Under the pieces are notes generated by a model. The model did no database searches and was not told the origin of the DNA. It worked only from the letters and a program-made list of their open reading frames with translations. 56,037 bases of DNA from an uncultured bacterium (GTDB lineage Bacteria > Latescibacterota > UBA2968 > UBA8231): assembly GCA_937942165.1 (NCBI GenBank), contig CALDFW010000052.1:1-56037 (forward strand), in the 5' to 3' direction. Shown here piece by piece: positions 39,179-48,400 of this stretch. The translations under genes and the position numbers were made by a program. How positions within the stretch are numbered: the first letter of the stretch is position 1; the number at the start of each line of letters is the position of its first letter.

Positions 39179-39762
39179 GCTGGCATACACTGCGCGCATT
39201 GGCCGTCTGGAGCTTAGGCTGCCTGCTGCTCTTTCCCCAACTGAGCATGGGGCAATACCGTTCGCTCTATTCCGATCCCAAGGCCAGTCGCATCGGTGAT
39301 GCGCTGACGGTGATTATTCAGGAAAATGCCACGGCTACCAATCAGACGGCCACGGCCACGGGCAAAAGCAACAGTGCCTCGATCGGAAGCGCGGTGCCGG
39401 GCGGGGGAAACCTGCTCGACTTTATTCCACTGCACTCACTTAACAGCGACTACAGCAACGATTATCAGGGACAGGCTTCTACCTCGCGCAGCGCCCGCCT
39501 AACGGCGCGCATGACGGTTACTGTAAACGGTATCAAGCCAAACGGTGACCTGATTGTCGAAGGGGTGCGGACGCTGAAAATAAACGGTGAAACAGAGGCT
39601 ATTTACCTAAACGGTTCGGTCAGTCCGCCCATGGTGCGTCGGGACAATACGGTGCTCTCGTCGAGTATTGCCGACCTGCAGGTCGAATACACTGGCAAGG
39701 GTACCATCACACAGGGCACGCGTCCGGGTCTGGTAGCGCGCCTGATTAATTGGGTTTTCTAA
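39175..39762 (+). CDS. flgH: L-ring protein FlgH
   Basis: SLYSDPKA..IGD.LTV.I.E, PNGDL.VEG, NTV.S..IAD, G.GTI...PG. Confidence 0.9.
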   Translation: MSWHTLRALAVWSLGCLLLFPQLSMGQYRSLYSDPKASRIGDALTVIIQENATATNQTATATGKSNSASIGSAVPGGGNLLDFIPLHSLNSDYSNDYQGQASTSRSARLTARMTVTVNGIKPNGDLIVEGVRTLKINGETEAIYLNGSVSPPMVRRDNTVLSSSIADLQVEYTGKGTITQGTRPGLVARLINWVF

Positions 39763-39763
39763 A

Positions 39764-40882
39764 ATGGGTCGGCGCGGGATGTTCAGAGTTTGGGTTTGGA
39801 TAGGCTGCCTGGTCTGGTTTGGCGCTGGTGTAGGTTCGGTTTATTCGGCGCCTGCGGTGCGAATAAAGGATCTGGCCAACGTGCAAATGGGTCGCGAAAT
39901 ACCTCTGACAGGTATGGGGTTGGTTATCGGACTAGAAGGCACGGGGGACGGACGCCGCTCTGAGTTCACTTTCCAGATGCTGTCCAATATGATGCACCAC
40001 ATGAAAATTGCGGTTACACCAGAGCAGGTGCGCGTGCGCAATGTAGCAAGCGTCAGCGTTTCGGCTACGCTTTCTCCTTTCCACCGCAACGGCGGCCGGA
40101 TTGATGTGCAGGTCGCCTCAATGGGCGATGCCTCTTCTTTACAGGGGGGACAGCTTTTGCAGTCTCTGCTGGTTGGTCCCGATGGCACTCCGTATGTCAC
40201 AGCGCAGGGCTCAATATCAATCGGAGGATTTAACCTGGGTGGTGGCGGTGCTGGTTCAGTGCGAAAAAATCATACGGTCGTGGGGAATGTGCCCAACGGA
40301 GGGATTGTAATCGAAGAAGCACCCCGACTCGAAGAGCTGCAAAAAGACCTAACGCTCATGCTATACCAGTCTGACTGGACGACCGCGGCGCGCATGGCCT
40401 ATGCCATTGACGAACACTTTGGTGAAATGAATCTCGCGCAGGCAGTTGATCCTTCGACCATTGTTATTCCGTTAGATCCGCTGCGCAGCACGCCCCAGGC
40501 CATGGTTGAATTTGTAGCTGAATTAGAAAAAATACTCGTGGTGCCGGACCTACCGGCTCGGGTGGTCGTCAACGAGCGGACGGGGACGGTAATTATCGGC
40601 GAGAACGTATCGGTGTCTGCCGTCGCCCTATCGCACGGCAGTTTAAAGTTGAAAATTCCGGGAGACGCGGGTGGAGACGTTTTTGGCGGAGGGGCTGAAG
40701 TAGTTGAAGAGCCCGACCGCCTGCATCCCATTATTAGTTCGTTTGACGTAGGCGCTATGCCCACAGTGCGCGAATTGGTCCGGAACTTGAACGCGCTAGG
40801 GATCACTCCGCGGGATCTCATTTCCATTCTGCAGTCTCTCAAGACTGCAGGCGCGCTGCGCGCCGAACTCGTTATCCAGTAG
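39764..40882 (+). CDS. flgI: P-ring protein FlgI
   Basis: RIKDL, GLVIGL.GTGD, RNVA.V, ARVVVNERTGTV, DLISILQSLKTAGALRAEL. Confidence 0.95.
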   Translation: MGRRGMFRVWVWIGCLVWFGAGVGSVYSAPAVRIKDLANVQMGREIPLTGMGLVIGLEGTGDGRRSEFTFQMLSNMMHHMKIAVTPEQVRVRNVASVSVSATLSPFHRNGGRIDVQVASMGDASSLQGGQLLQSLLVGPDGTPYVTAQGSISIGGFNLGGGGAGSVRKNHTVVGNVPNGGIVIEEAPRLEELQKDLTLMLYQSDWTTAARMAYAIDEHFGEMNLAQAVDPSTIVIPLDPLRSTPQAMVEFVAELEKILVVPDLPARVVVNERTGTVIIGENVSVSAVALSHGSLKLKIPGDAGGDVFGGGAEVVEEPDRLHPIISSFDVGAMPTVRELVRNLNALGITPRDLISILQSLKTAGALRAELVIQ

Positions 40883-40893
40883 GAGAGTGCGCT

Positions 40894-41361
40894 ATGGGAT
40901 TGGAAAATACGCTACAAATGCCGATGTCAATGCACGGCGCCGATCTGAAGGGTGCCTCCGACAAGCTGGACGTCCGGGCTTTGAGTGGCAAGGGGCACGG
41001 TACGGTAGAAGAACGACGCACAGCACTGCGTCAGGCTGCTCGCCAGTTTGAAGCGGTATTCATCAATCAGATGATATCGGCCATGCGTAAGACGGTGGGC
41101 GAAGGGGGACTGATAAACAAGAGCAATGGTCAAGACATTTTTGAGGGTATGCTCGACGAGGAGTGGAGTAAAAAAATAGCCAATAAGGCGGGTCCAAACA
41201 GCCTGAGTGAAATCCTTTACCGCCAGCTCAGTGCGCGCTTGGGTTTAGATGATAAAACAAGTGGTCCCGAACAGAGTCGGGAAGGTGAGGGTACTTCTCT
41301 GAGCGCCCTCAGAGGCGCTGTGCCTATGCAATTGCAGCGCCAGCAGGTGCGAGATGAATGA
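40894..41361 (+). CDS. flgJ: FlgJ, rod-binding domain only (no muramidase)
   Basis: LRQAARQFEAVFINQMISAMRKT, FEGMLDEE, LSEILYRQL. Confidence 0.85.
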   Translation: MGLENTLQMPMSMHGADLKGASDKLDVRALSGKGHGTVEERRTALRQAARQFEAVFINQMISAMRKTVGEGGLINKSNGQDIFEGMLDEEWSKKIANKAGPNSLSEILYRQLSARLGLDDKTSGPEQSREGEGTSLSALRGAVPMQLQRQQVRDE

Positions 41362-41860
41362 AGAGTTGATCAGCGATCTGGCGCACGTCATAAATGAAGA
41401 GGTACGCACGTTTCACAGCTTGTTGGACGTGTTGCGCAGCGAGCAGCGCGCTATCGTGGAAGACGATATTGAAGCGATTGAGCGCTGCGTGATAGCTCAG
41501 CGCGAAGTCGCCGTGGCTGCACACGAGTTGGAAGGCAAGCGCATGCGCGTGGTCGAACGGATAGCCGAGCAATCCAATATGGGCACCGGAAATCTAAGTC
41601 TCGGAAGGTTAGTCGAGGCGTTAGAAGGGCCAAGGGCTGAAGAGCTAGCGCAGATGCGGGAAAAGCTGCTTGAGCTCAATGGGAAAATTCGTTCCGTGAG
41701 CGCAAATAACGCCTTTTTGATTCGCCAGTCTCTGCGCTATACGGAGCGCTGCCTCGATATTATCACCGGTCAGAGTGCAGCCCAGCGCGGAGTTTATGGG
41801 CAGTTTGGCAAGGTGCGGCGCGACTCGTCGGCGCGTTCATTTCTCAACCAGACGGCCTAG
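41354..41860 (+). CDS. flgN: Flagellar chaperone FlgN
   Basis: Helical, E..R, N..LI..SL, Y...G pattern; immediately before flgK. Confidence 0.8.
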   Translation: MNEELISDLAHVINEEVRTFHSLLDVLRSEQRAIVEDDIEAIERCVIAQREVAVAAHELEGKRMRVVERIAEQSNMGTGNLSLGRLVEALEGPRAEELAQMREKLLELNGKIRSVSANNAFLIRQSLRYTERCLDIITGQSAAQRGVYGQFGKVRRDSSARSFLNQTA

Positions 41861-41871
41861 GGGACAGAAAT

Positions 41872-43296
41872 ATGCCCGTTAATTCTCCAGCTCATCACGG
41901 TTTAGAAATTGGTCGCCGCGCGCTGCAGGCCCAGCAGGCCGGGCTCAACGTCACAGGGCACAATATTGCCAATGCCAACACGCCCGGCTTTTCCCGCCGT
42001 CAGGTAAATCTTGAAAATGCAATCTCTGGCGTTAATGGTGGCATAGGAAGCGGTTCGGACGTTGCGGACATACAGCGCCAGCGGAGTCGTTTTGACGACG
42101 CGCAAATGCGCGTGCAGCAGCAGGTGCTGGGGCGCTGGGAGTCGTTGGAGCAGTCGTTGGGCAGTATCGAAGCGATCTTTAACGAACCGGCCGGTGCCGG
42201 TTCGAGTGAAGCAGGAACGATCTTTAACGAACCTTCAGGTCTTGGATTGAGCGGTTCGATGAGTCGCTTTTGGAATGCATGGCAGGATCTTGCCAACGTG
42301 CCCGAGAGCGGAGCTGCCCGCGCTGCCGTGCGCCAAGAGGCCGATTTTCTCGTTACAACTCTGAATCAGTATAACGCGAAGCTGAGCCAGACGCGGGAAG
42401 ACCTAGATGAGCGCGTGATGCAAGAGGTCGCTGACATAAACGAAATTCTCGACCAACTGCGCGATATAAACGATGCGATTCCGGAAGCGGGATTTAACGG
42501 GGGAGATAACAACGATCTGCAGGATCGGCGCGATATACTGCTCGATAGACTGTCAAATAAAATCGACATCTCCCTCGTTGAGCGCGAGAACGGTCAAGTA
42601 TCGGTCTTACTCTCTGGACACATGCTAGTTGAAGGCGATAGCGTATCGCATTTGCGCATTCGTCAGATCCCGCGCGATGGGCAGGCCGTCAGCGAAGTTG
42701 TATTTGCCGATGACGGCAGCGTTGCTGCCATAAGCGAAGGCCAGCTGCGCGGGTTGATCGACGTCCGCGACGGCGTGGTGCCGGATATGCTAGGTCGACT
42801 GGATGCGATGGCGGAAGGACTGGTCGCTCGCGTCAACGAATTACATCGAGGCGGATACGGCCTAGACGGGAGTAGAGGCACCAACTTCTTTAATCCAGAA
42901 AACGCGTCGGCTAGTAATATCTCGATAGATACTGCCATTCTTGAAAACTTAGATAATATTGCCGCTTCAGCTGACGGAAATTCTGGAGACAATGGGTTGG
43001 CCCTGGCTATCAGTGCGGTCCGAAATGAGGGGGTCCTCGATGAGGGCACGCAGACGATAGAGGGGTTTTACAATGAAATGCTGGGGGATATCGGAGCGCG
43101 CAGCCGTGAGGCGCAGACAATGGCCGATAACAATAGGCTATTTGCTCAGCAGATAGAGAATCGCCGGCAGAGCGTGCAGGGCGTCTCTCTCAACGACGAG
43201 GCTTCTCAGCTAGTGCTTTTCCAGCGGGCGTATCAGGCTGCTGCGCGGGCAGTTTCGATTATTGACGACCTTATGGAAGTCACGATCAATATCTAA
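41872..43296 (+). CDS. flgK: Hook-associated protein FlgK
   Basis: TGHNIANANTPGFSR, FNEP, LQDRRD.L...L, SVQGVSLNDE...LV.FQRAYQAAAR. Confidence 0.95.
   Translation: MPVNSPAHHGLEIGRRALQAQQAGLNVTGHNIANANTPGFSRRQVNLENAISGVNGGIGSGSDVADIQRQRSRFDDAQMRVQQQVLGRWESLEQSLGSIEAIFNEPAGAGSSEAGTIFNEPSGLGLSGSMSRFWNAWQDLANVPESGAARAAVRQEADFLVTTLNQYNAKLSQTREDLDERVMQEVADINEILDQLRDINDAIPEAGFNGGDNNDLQDRRDILLDRLSNKIDISLVERENGQVSVLLSGHMLVEGDSVSHLRIRQIPRDGQAVSEVVFADDGSVAAISEGQLRGLIDVRDGVVPDMLGRLDAMAEGLVARVNELHRGGYGLDGSRGTNFFNPENASASNISIDTAILENLDNIAASADGNSGDNGLALAISAVRNEGVLDEGTQTIEGFYNEMLGDIGARSREAQTMADNNRLFAQQIENRRQSVQGVSLNDEASQLVLFQRAYQAAARAVSIIDDLMEVTINI
42173..42233 (+). repeat. 16-bp direct repeat (CGATCTTTAACGAACC), 45-bp period, inside flgK
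   Basis: Exact copies at 42173-42188 and 42218-42233; encodes IFNEP twice. Confidence 0.85.
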
Positions 43297-43386
43297 AATG
43301 TGCAGAGAAGTGCGCTGATGATAAAGCAAATGGACATATTTTACCGACCCCATTATATTGGGGGCATCTCCCAAAGGAGATAGGCA

Positions 43387-44496
43387 ATGCGCGTCACGAC
43401 TAGAATGGCCGTAGGCACGCTGGTGAGCAATCTCGATCGCTCATACGAGCGGATTACGCGCTTTCAGGCGCAGCTTTCTTCGGGCACGCGACTCAACTCG
43501 TTGTCGGATGATCCGGCAGCCGTTGAACGCTCTCTGGCGCTGCGGTCTGAGCTGCGCAACATTGAACAGTTTCAAAAAAACCTGAGCGATGGAGCCGGCT
43601 GGTTAGAGCTGAGCGAAGCCACGCTGGGAGAGTTAGAGACCCTCTTTGTCGAGGTTCGAGGGTTGGCCGTGCAGGGTGCGACTAGCACCTATAACGCCTC
43701 TCAGCGCAATGCTATTGCAGATCAGGTCGACCAGTTTTTGGAACACAGCTTGAGCCTGAGCGAGACCCGGTACAGAGGGCGATACGTCTTTTCGGGGACG
43801 CAAACGGGCGACGTTCCCTATCTGCCTCAGCGCGATGCAAGCGGTCAGATTGTAGAGGTAGTCGCACGGGGCGATGCGAGCGGTTCGATTGAGCGCGAAG
43901 TGAGCGATGGCATCGTAATGCAGGTGAATATTCCCGGGCGCGATATATTTGAGAACCCGCGCGATATTCGCCTGCCAATCAATGCCCTTGCTGAGCAGGT
44001 GGGAGAAGTTGGACAAGAGCGCATTGTTGAACTTTTCGGTGAAGCCGGACAAATAAGAGCAGAAGATGTGCGAGACGTGCTGGATGATGCCGAACTCGAC
44101 CCGCCTCTAACTGCCGATGTTCGTCAGGTGCTTGAACGCAGCGTGGAAAATTTGGAAGCGCGAGAGACCAACCCCTTCTCTGCGCTTATTGAACTGCGCG
44201 ATGCGCTGCGCGCTAACGATCCGGAAGAAGTGCGCGATACGTTAGACAAGCTGTCTAACGTGCGTGAGCACATTTCCTCTATGCGTGGTCAGATCGGTGC
44301 GCGTGTAAATCGCATGCAGACCACGCAGAATGTGCTCGATCGGGTCACGGTAGAAATGACTTCTGTGCTGTCAGAAGATGAAGACGTCGATTTATCGGCG
44401 ACTATCGTAAATTTGACGCAGGAGCAAGATGTCTTTCAGGCCGCTCTGGCCTCGGGGAATACAATTATTCCCCAGTCGTTGATGGACTTTATTTAA
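43387..44496 (+). CDS. flgL: Hook-associated protein FlgL
   Basis: MRVT, QLSSG.R...SDDP, GRYVFSG, GAR.NR, EDVD, SLMDFI. Confidence 0.93.
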   Translation: MRVTTRMAVGTLVSNLDRSYERITRFQAQLSSGTRLNSLSDDPAAVERSLALRSELRNIEQFQKNLSDGAGWLELSEATLGELETLFVEVRGLAVQGATSTYNASQRNAIADQVDQFLEHSLSLSETRYRGRYVFSGTQTGDVPYLPQRDASGQIVEVVARGDASGSIEREVSDGIVMQVNIPGRDIFENPRDIRLPINALAEQVGEVGQERIVELFGEAGQIRAEDVRDVLDDAELDPPLTADVRQVLERSVENLEARETNPFSALIELRDALRANDPEEVRDTLDKLSNVREHISSMRGQIGARVNRMQTTQNVLDRVTVEMTSVLSEDEDVDLSATIVNLTQEQDVFQAALASGNTIIPQSLMDFI

Positions 44497-44594
44497 ATGA
44501 TTTCCCCTCCGGACGTCCTCCTCACGTCCCCTTCACGTCGGTTGCCATGTGACGCTAGTCGTCTCATCGCCGTGTATCGCGGGATACGAAAATA

Positions 44595-45053
44595 ATGAGT
44601 GAAGCCGAAGTTCAGTCAATTACGTTTAACAACGTTAAGTTTGGCGAAGTAACCGTAGACCAGCGAGACGTATTGGAATTTCCATACGGCTTGCCTGGCT
44701 TTGAGCGCTTTAAACAATTTGGACTCATCGAGTTAGAGGAAGAGGCGCCATTTTTCCGGCTTCTTTCGCTGGATGAGCCGCGCCTTGGATTTGTCATTTT
44801 GAATCCAATGCTCATCTGGCCCGACTACGATCCCGACATAGGTAAGGATGACTTAGAGGGATTGGGGATCGAAAAAATAGAGCAGTTGGCCGTATACTGT
44901 ATCGTTACCTTAGGCGACGTTCCGCAAAATGTAACGGCCAACCTCCGGGGGCCCATCTGTATCAACACCGATACAATGCGGGCCAAACAGATGATCCTAG
45001 TCGACGAGCGCTATCATACAAAGCACTCGATTATAGAGTCCAAAGCTGGATAA
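44595..45053 (+). CDS. fliW: Flagellar assembly factor FliW
   Basis: FG.....,FPYGLPGFE, F..L.S....L.F...NP, TANLRGPI.IN....KQ.IL. Confidence 0.93.
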   Translation: MSEAEVQSITFNNVKFGEVTVDQRDVLEFPYGLPGFERFKQFGLIELEEEAPFFRLLSLDEPRLGFVILNPMLIWPDYDPDIGKDDLEGLGIEKIEQLAVYCIVTLGDVPQNVTANLRGPICINTDTMRAKQMILVDERYHTKHSIIESKAG

Positions 45054-45110
45054 TAAAAATGTGTATTGGGTCGCCCGCGCGGCGATCCTTTGCCATCAGG
45101 GAAGATTACC

Positions 45111-45341
45111 ATGCTCGTATTAACGAGAAAAGCTGGTGAGAGCATTGTCATTGGCAGTGATATACGCGTCACCGTTTTAGAACTGCAGGGGCGACAGATA
45201 CGCCTAGGCATAGAGGCACCTTCTGACGTCTCCGTGCACCGAGGGGAAGTGTATGAACGCATTCGCGAAGAGAACGAACTGGCTGCAAGTGCGGACCATG
45301 AGCAGCTCAAGTCGCTGAGCCAAGCGTTCAAGTCCCGTTAG
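45111..45341 (+). CDS. csrA: Carbon storage regulator CsrA
   Basis: [36 protein letters not shown] with the C-terminal extension typical of FliW-regulated CsrA. Confidence 0.96.
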   Translation: MLVLTRKAGESIVIGSDIRVTVLELQGRQIRLGIEAPSDVSVHRGEVYERIREENELAASADHEQLKSLSQAFKSR

Positions 45342-45347
45342 GAAACT

Positions 45348-45382
45348 GCGTCCAGAGGGAGACACGGAAGGTTCCCGGACGC
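45348..45382 (+). promoter_or_regulatory. Hairpin presenting ACGGAA (candidate CsrA site) in the leader of the first glycosyltransferase
   Basis: GCGTCC..GGGA-gac-ACGGAA-ggt-TCCC-GGACGC; no U-tract follows. Confidence 0.5.
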
Positions 45383-45419
45383 CCCCGTCTTTCAACGATT
45401 TGAGACCTGAAAAAAGCAC

Positions 45420-48400
45420 ATGAAAACCTTCCGTGCCCTAAGGCGAGTATTGGCGTTTGATACGACCTATGCTGCGCTACCTGCGATAGCCCATGCGGGC
45501 TTTGCAATTGACCTAATCCCGTCTACAAAAGGAACGTATAGCACCTCTCAGTGCGTGTTCCCGCCCTTGTCTTCGATGCAGACTATCGGCGTCGAATGGG
45601 CGCAAGAGCAGCTGCGGAAAGAGGCGTATGACTGCGTTCTATGCGCAACGCTTGAAGACCTGCAAGCTGCGAAGGGGTGGGACGTGCCCACCGTTTTTGT
45701 TCCGCAAGCTATGCTGGGAGAACTGGCCGGAGTAAGCGGTATGGCGCGTCTTCACGGCCGCCGCCAGCTCGAAGGACTGCTCGAGGGCGTAACCGAGGTT
45801 TTCCTGTCCGAATCGCAGCGGGCAAGCTGGTTGGGAGAGGGCGTTGTGATACCCATCGGCGTTGATGTAGACCGTCTGGGGACATGCGCTGGGCGCTTCG
45901 AAGAAATCGCCTGGACGGGGGTGGATTCAGCGTCGTGCGCTCTCCGTGAAGGGCATGGCGTGCGCGATGAATTGACGCAGGGCGTGGTCGATTTGAGGAA
46001 AATCGATCTGCGGGTGGAGCGCGGCATGACTTGGGACGGTTGGCTCGAGGAGGTCCGGGCAGTGCGAGCGATGCTCTGCACCGAGTCCCCCGGGCACGGA
46101 ATGGCCCCCCATTTCTTTGCGCTCTGTGCTATGGGCGCAGGGGTACCGCTCGTGTCTCTTGCACATGAGGATTCGCCCATCGCCGACGGCGAGAATGGGT
46201 ATGTATCCAATGACTACGACTATCTACGCCAGATAATGCGCGGCCTCTTAATGGATGAGGACGAGGCGCGCCTAATCGGAGCACGCGGCCGCGACTGGAT
46301 TGCGGAATACCGTGGACTGGAAGAGAGTGCCGAACGTTGGAGAGCGTGTATTGAAGGACTTTCCAACTCGTATGGTGCTGGCGCTGACTTAGCTCAAACG
46401 CCCCGCGTCAGCATCATCATGCCCCTTTACAACAAAGCCGAGTATACGGAGAAATGTCTCTACGCATTGGCGGCGCATACCGGCGAAGACCCCGACTACG
46501 AAGTGATTATAGTCGACAATGCTTCAAGTGACTGGACGAAGTATTTGCTCCTGGCATTTGAGGGCGATGTCGAAATCCTGCGAAACGATGAAAACGTCGG
46601 ATTTGCTCGAGCGAATAATCAGGGCGCCCGGTCTGCTCGCGGGGAATACGTCCTTTTTCTCAACAACGACACCGAGCCACTTGAAGGCTGGCTGCGAGAA
46701 ATGGTTCAACTGGCCGACAGCGACGAGCGCATTGGCGTGGTGGGCGCAAGGCTACTCTATCCGCAGAACGATACCGTGCAGCACGCCGGCCTCGAAATGA
46801 TAAACGGCATTCCAGATCACGTTTTCCGCGGCGTAGCAGCGGAGGATGAACGCGTTTTACATTCGCGCGACCTCGATATGGTTACGGGGGCCTGTATGCT
46901 CGTACGTCGAACTCTTTTTGAGGAATTGGGCGGGTTTGACGAGGCCTATCGAAACGGAGTAGAGGATGTGGACCTATGCCTACAGGCCCGCTCAAAGGGG
47001 TATCGGGTGGTATACTGCGCCGAGTCGGTTCTCTATCACCACGAGGGAACGAGCGAAGGCCGCTTTGACCACGTCAATGAAAACCTCCAGCGCTTCTTTG
47101 CCCAGTGGCAGGGTCGCTTTGATGGACAGGGCCGTTTTGTCGTCGATCCGGAGCACGGAGAGACTGGGTTTGCAGCGTTAAATTCTTCCCAATCCCACCC
47201 TCTGCGCGGCTATTTAGAGGGCCCTTTTTTCGTCTATTCGAGTCTGGCACACGTCAATCGTGAGATGGCGTTAGAACTGCTGAGCAGCGGAAACTGCGAC
47301 CTAGGTCTTATAGCCAGCGACCCCGACACCTTTAGCGGATCTTCCGAACGGCGGTTTGCTCCGATCGTTGCACGGATGGGGCAGGCCATAGAAGAGAACG
47401 TGGACTTTCACATACGTCATCGCTGGCCTCCAGACGTAGCCCGTCCTGCACAGGGGAAGCTCGTGCTCATACAACCGTGGGAATACGGCCGAATTCTCAA
47501 GAGTTGGGTTGAACCCATGCAAGCAAACGTGGACCAAATTTGGGCCTATACCTCCTATGTCCGTCAGGTGTATATCGACAGTGGGTTCGATCCGGATCGG
47601 GTCAAGGTCGTGCCGCTCGGCGTAGACGATCAGCGCTTTAAGCCGGGCGTTGCTCCGATGGAGCTATCGACCGGCGGAAAGTTTGCCTTTCTCTTTGTGG
47701 GAGGCACTTTGCAGCGAAAGGGCATTGATCTGCTCCTAGAGTCTTTTCGCAGCGCTTTTTCGCGTGCGGACAACGTGTGTCTTGTCATAAAGGATATGGG
47801 GAACCAAACGTTTTACCGGGGCCAGACGGCCGAGCGCGAGATTGCCGCTCTGCAGCAGGATGAAGAGTGCGCCGAGATTATCTATTTGGATAGAGACCTG
47901 CCGGCCGAGGATATTCCCGGGCTGTATGCAGCCTGTGATTGTCTGGTGCATCCCTATCGAGGAGAAGGGTTTGGTCTGCCCGTAGCTGAGGCGATGGCCT
48001 GCGGCCTGCCGGTCGTGGTAACCGAGGGAGGGGCCTGCGATGACTTCTGCAACTCGGAGAATGCCTTTATGGTTCCGGCGCAGCGTCGTCCGGTAAAATT
48101 CCCCGAAGAGACCGTTGGTCAGGCGTGGATGCTCGAGGCCGACGTGCAGGCGCTAGCTGCTCAAATGAGACAGGCCTTTGAGCAGCCGGAGCGTGCTCGT
48201 GAGATGGGACGGCGCGGTGCAGAGCGCATTGCACGCGATTTTACCTGGAAACGCGCTGCCGAAATTGCCCACGATACTCTGATGGAGCTGTGTCGGCCGG
48301 ATATACAGCGGGAGGACGTGATTCCGCTGTCGAATCTGCAGGTCGCTGAGCCGTTGGATATTGACGGAGGAGAAGAGCGATTAGATCGGCTAGCGGCAGG

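Noticed and set aside
43322-43350. Sigma28 promoter before flgL (TAAAG...ACCGA)
   Set aside because: Spacing and -10 do not fit TAAA-N15-GCCGATAA.
45348-45382. Intrinsic terminator after csrA
   Set aside because: No U-tract follows the stem, so it is recorded as a candidate CsrA site instead.
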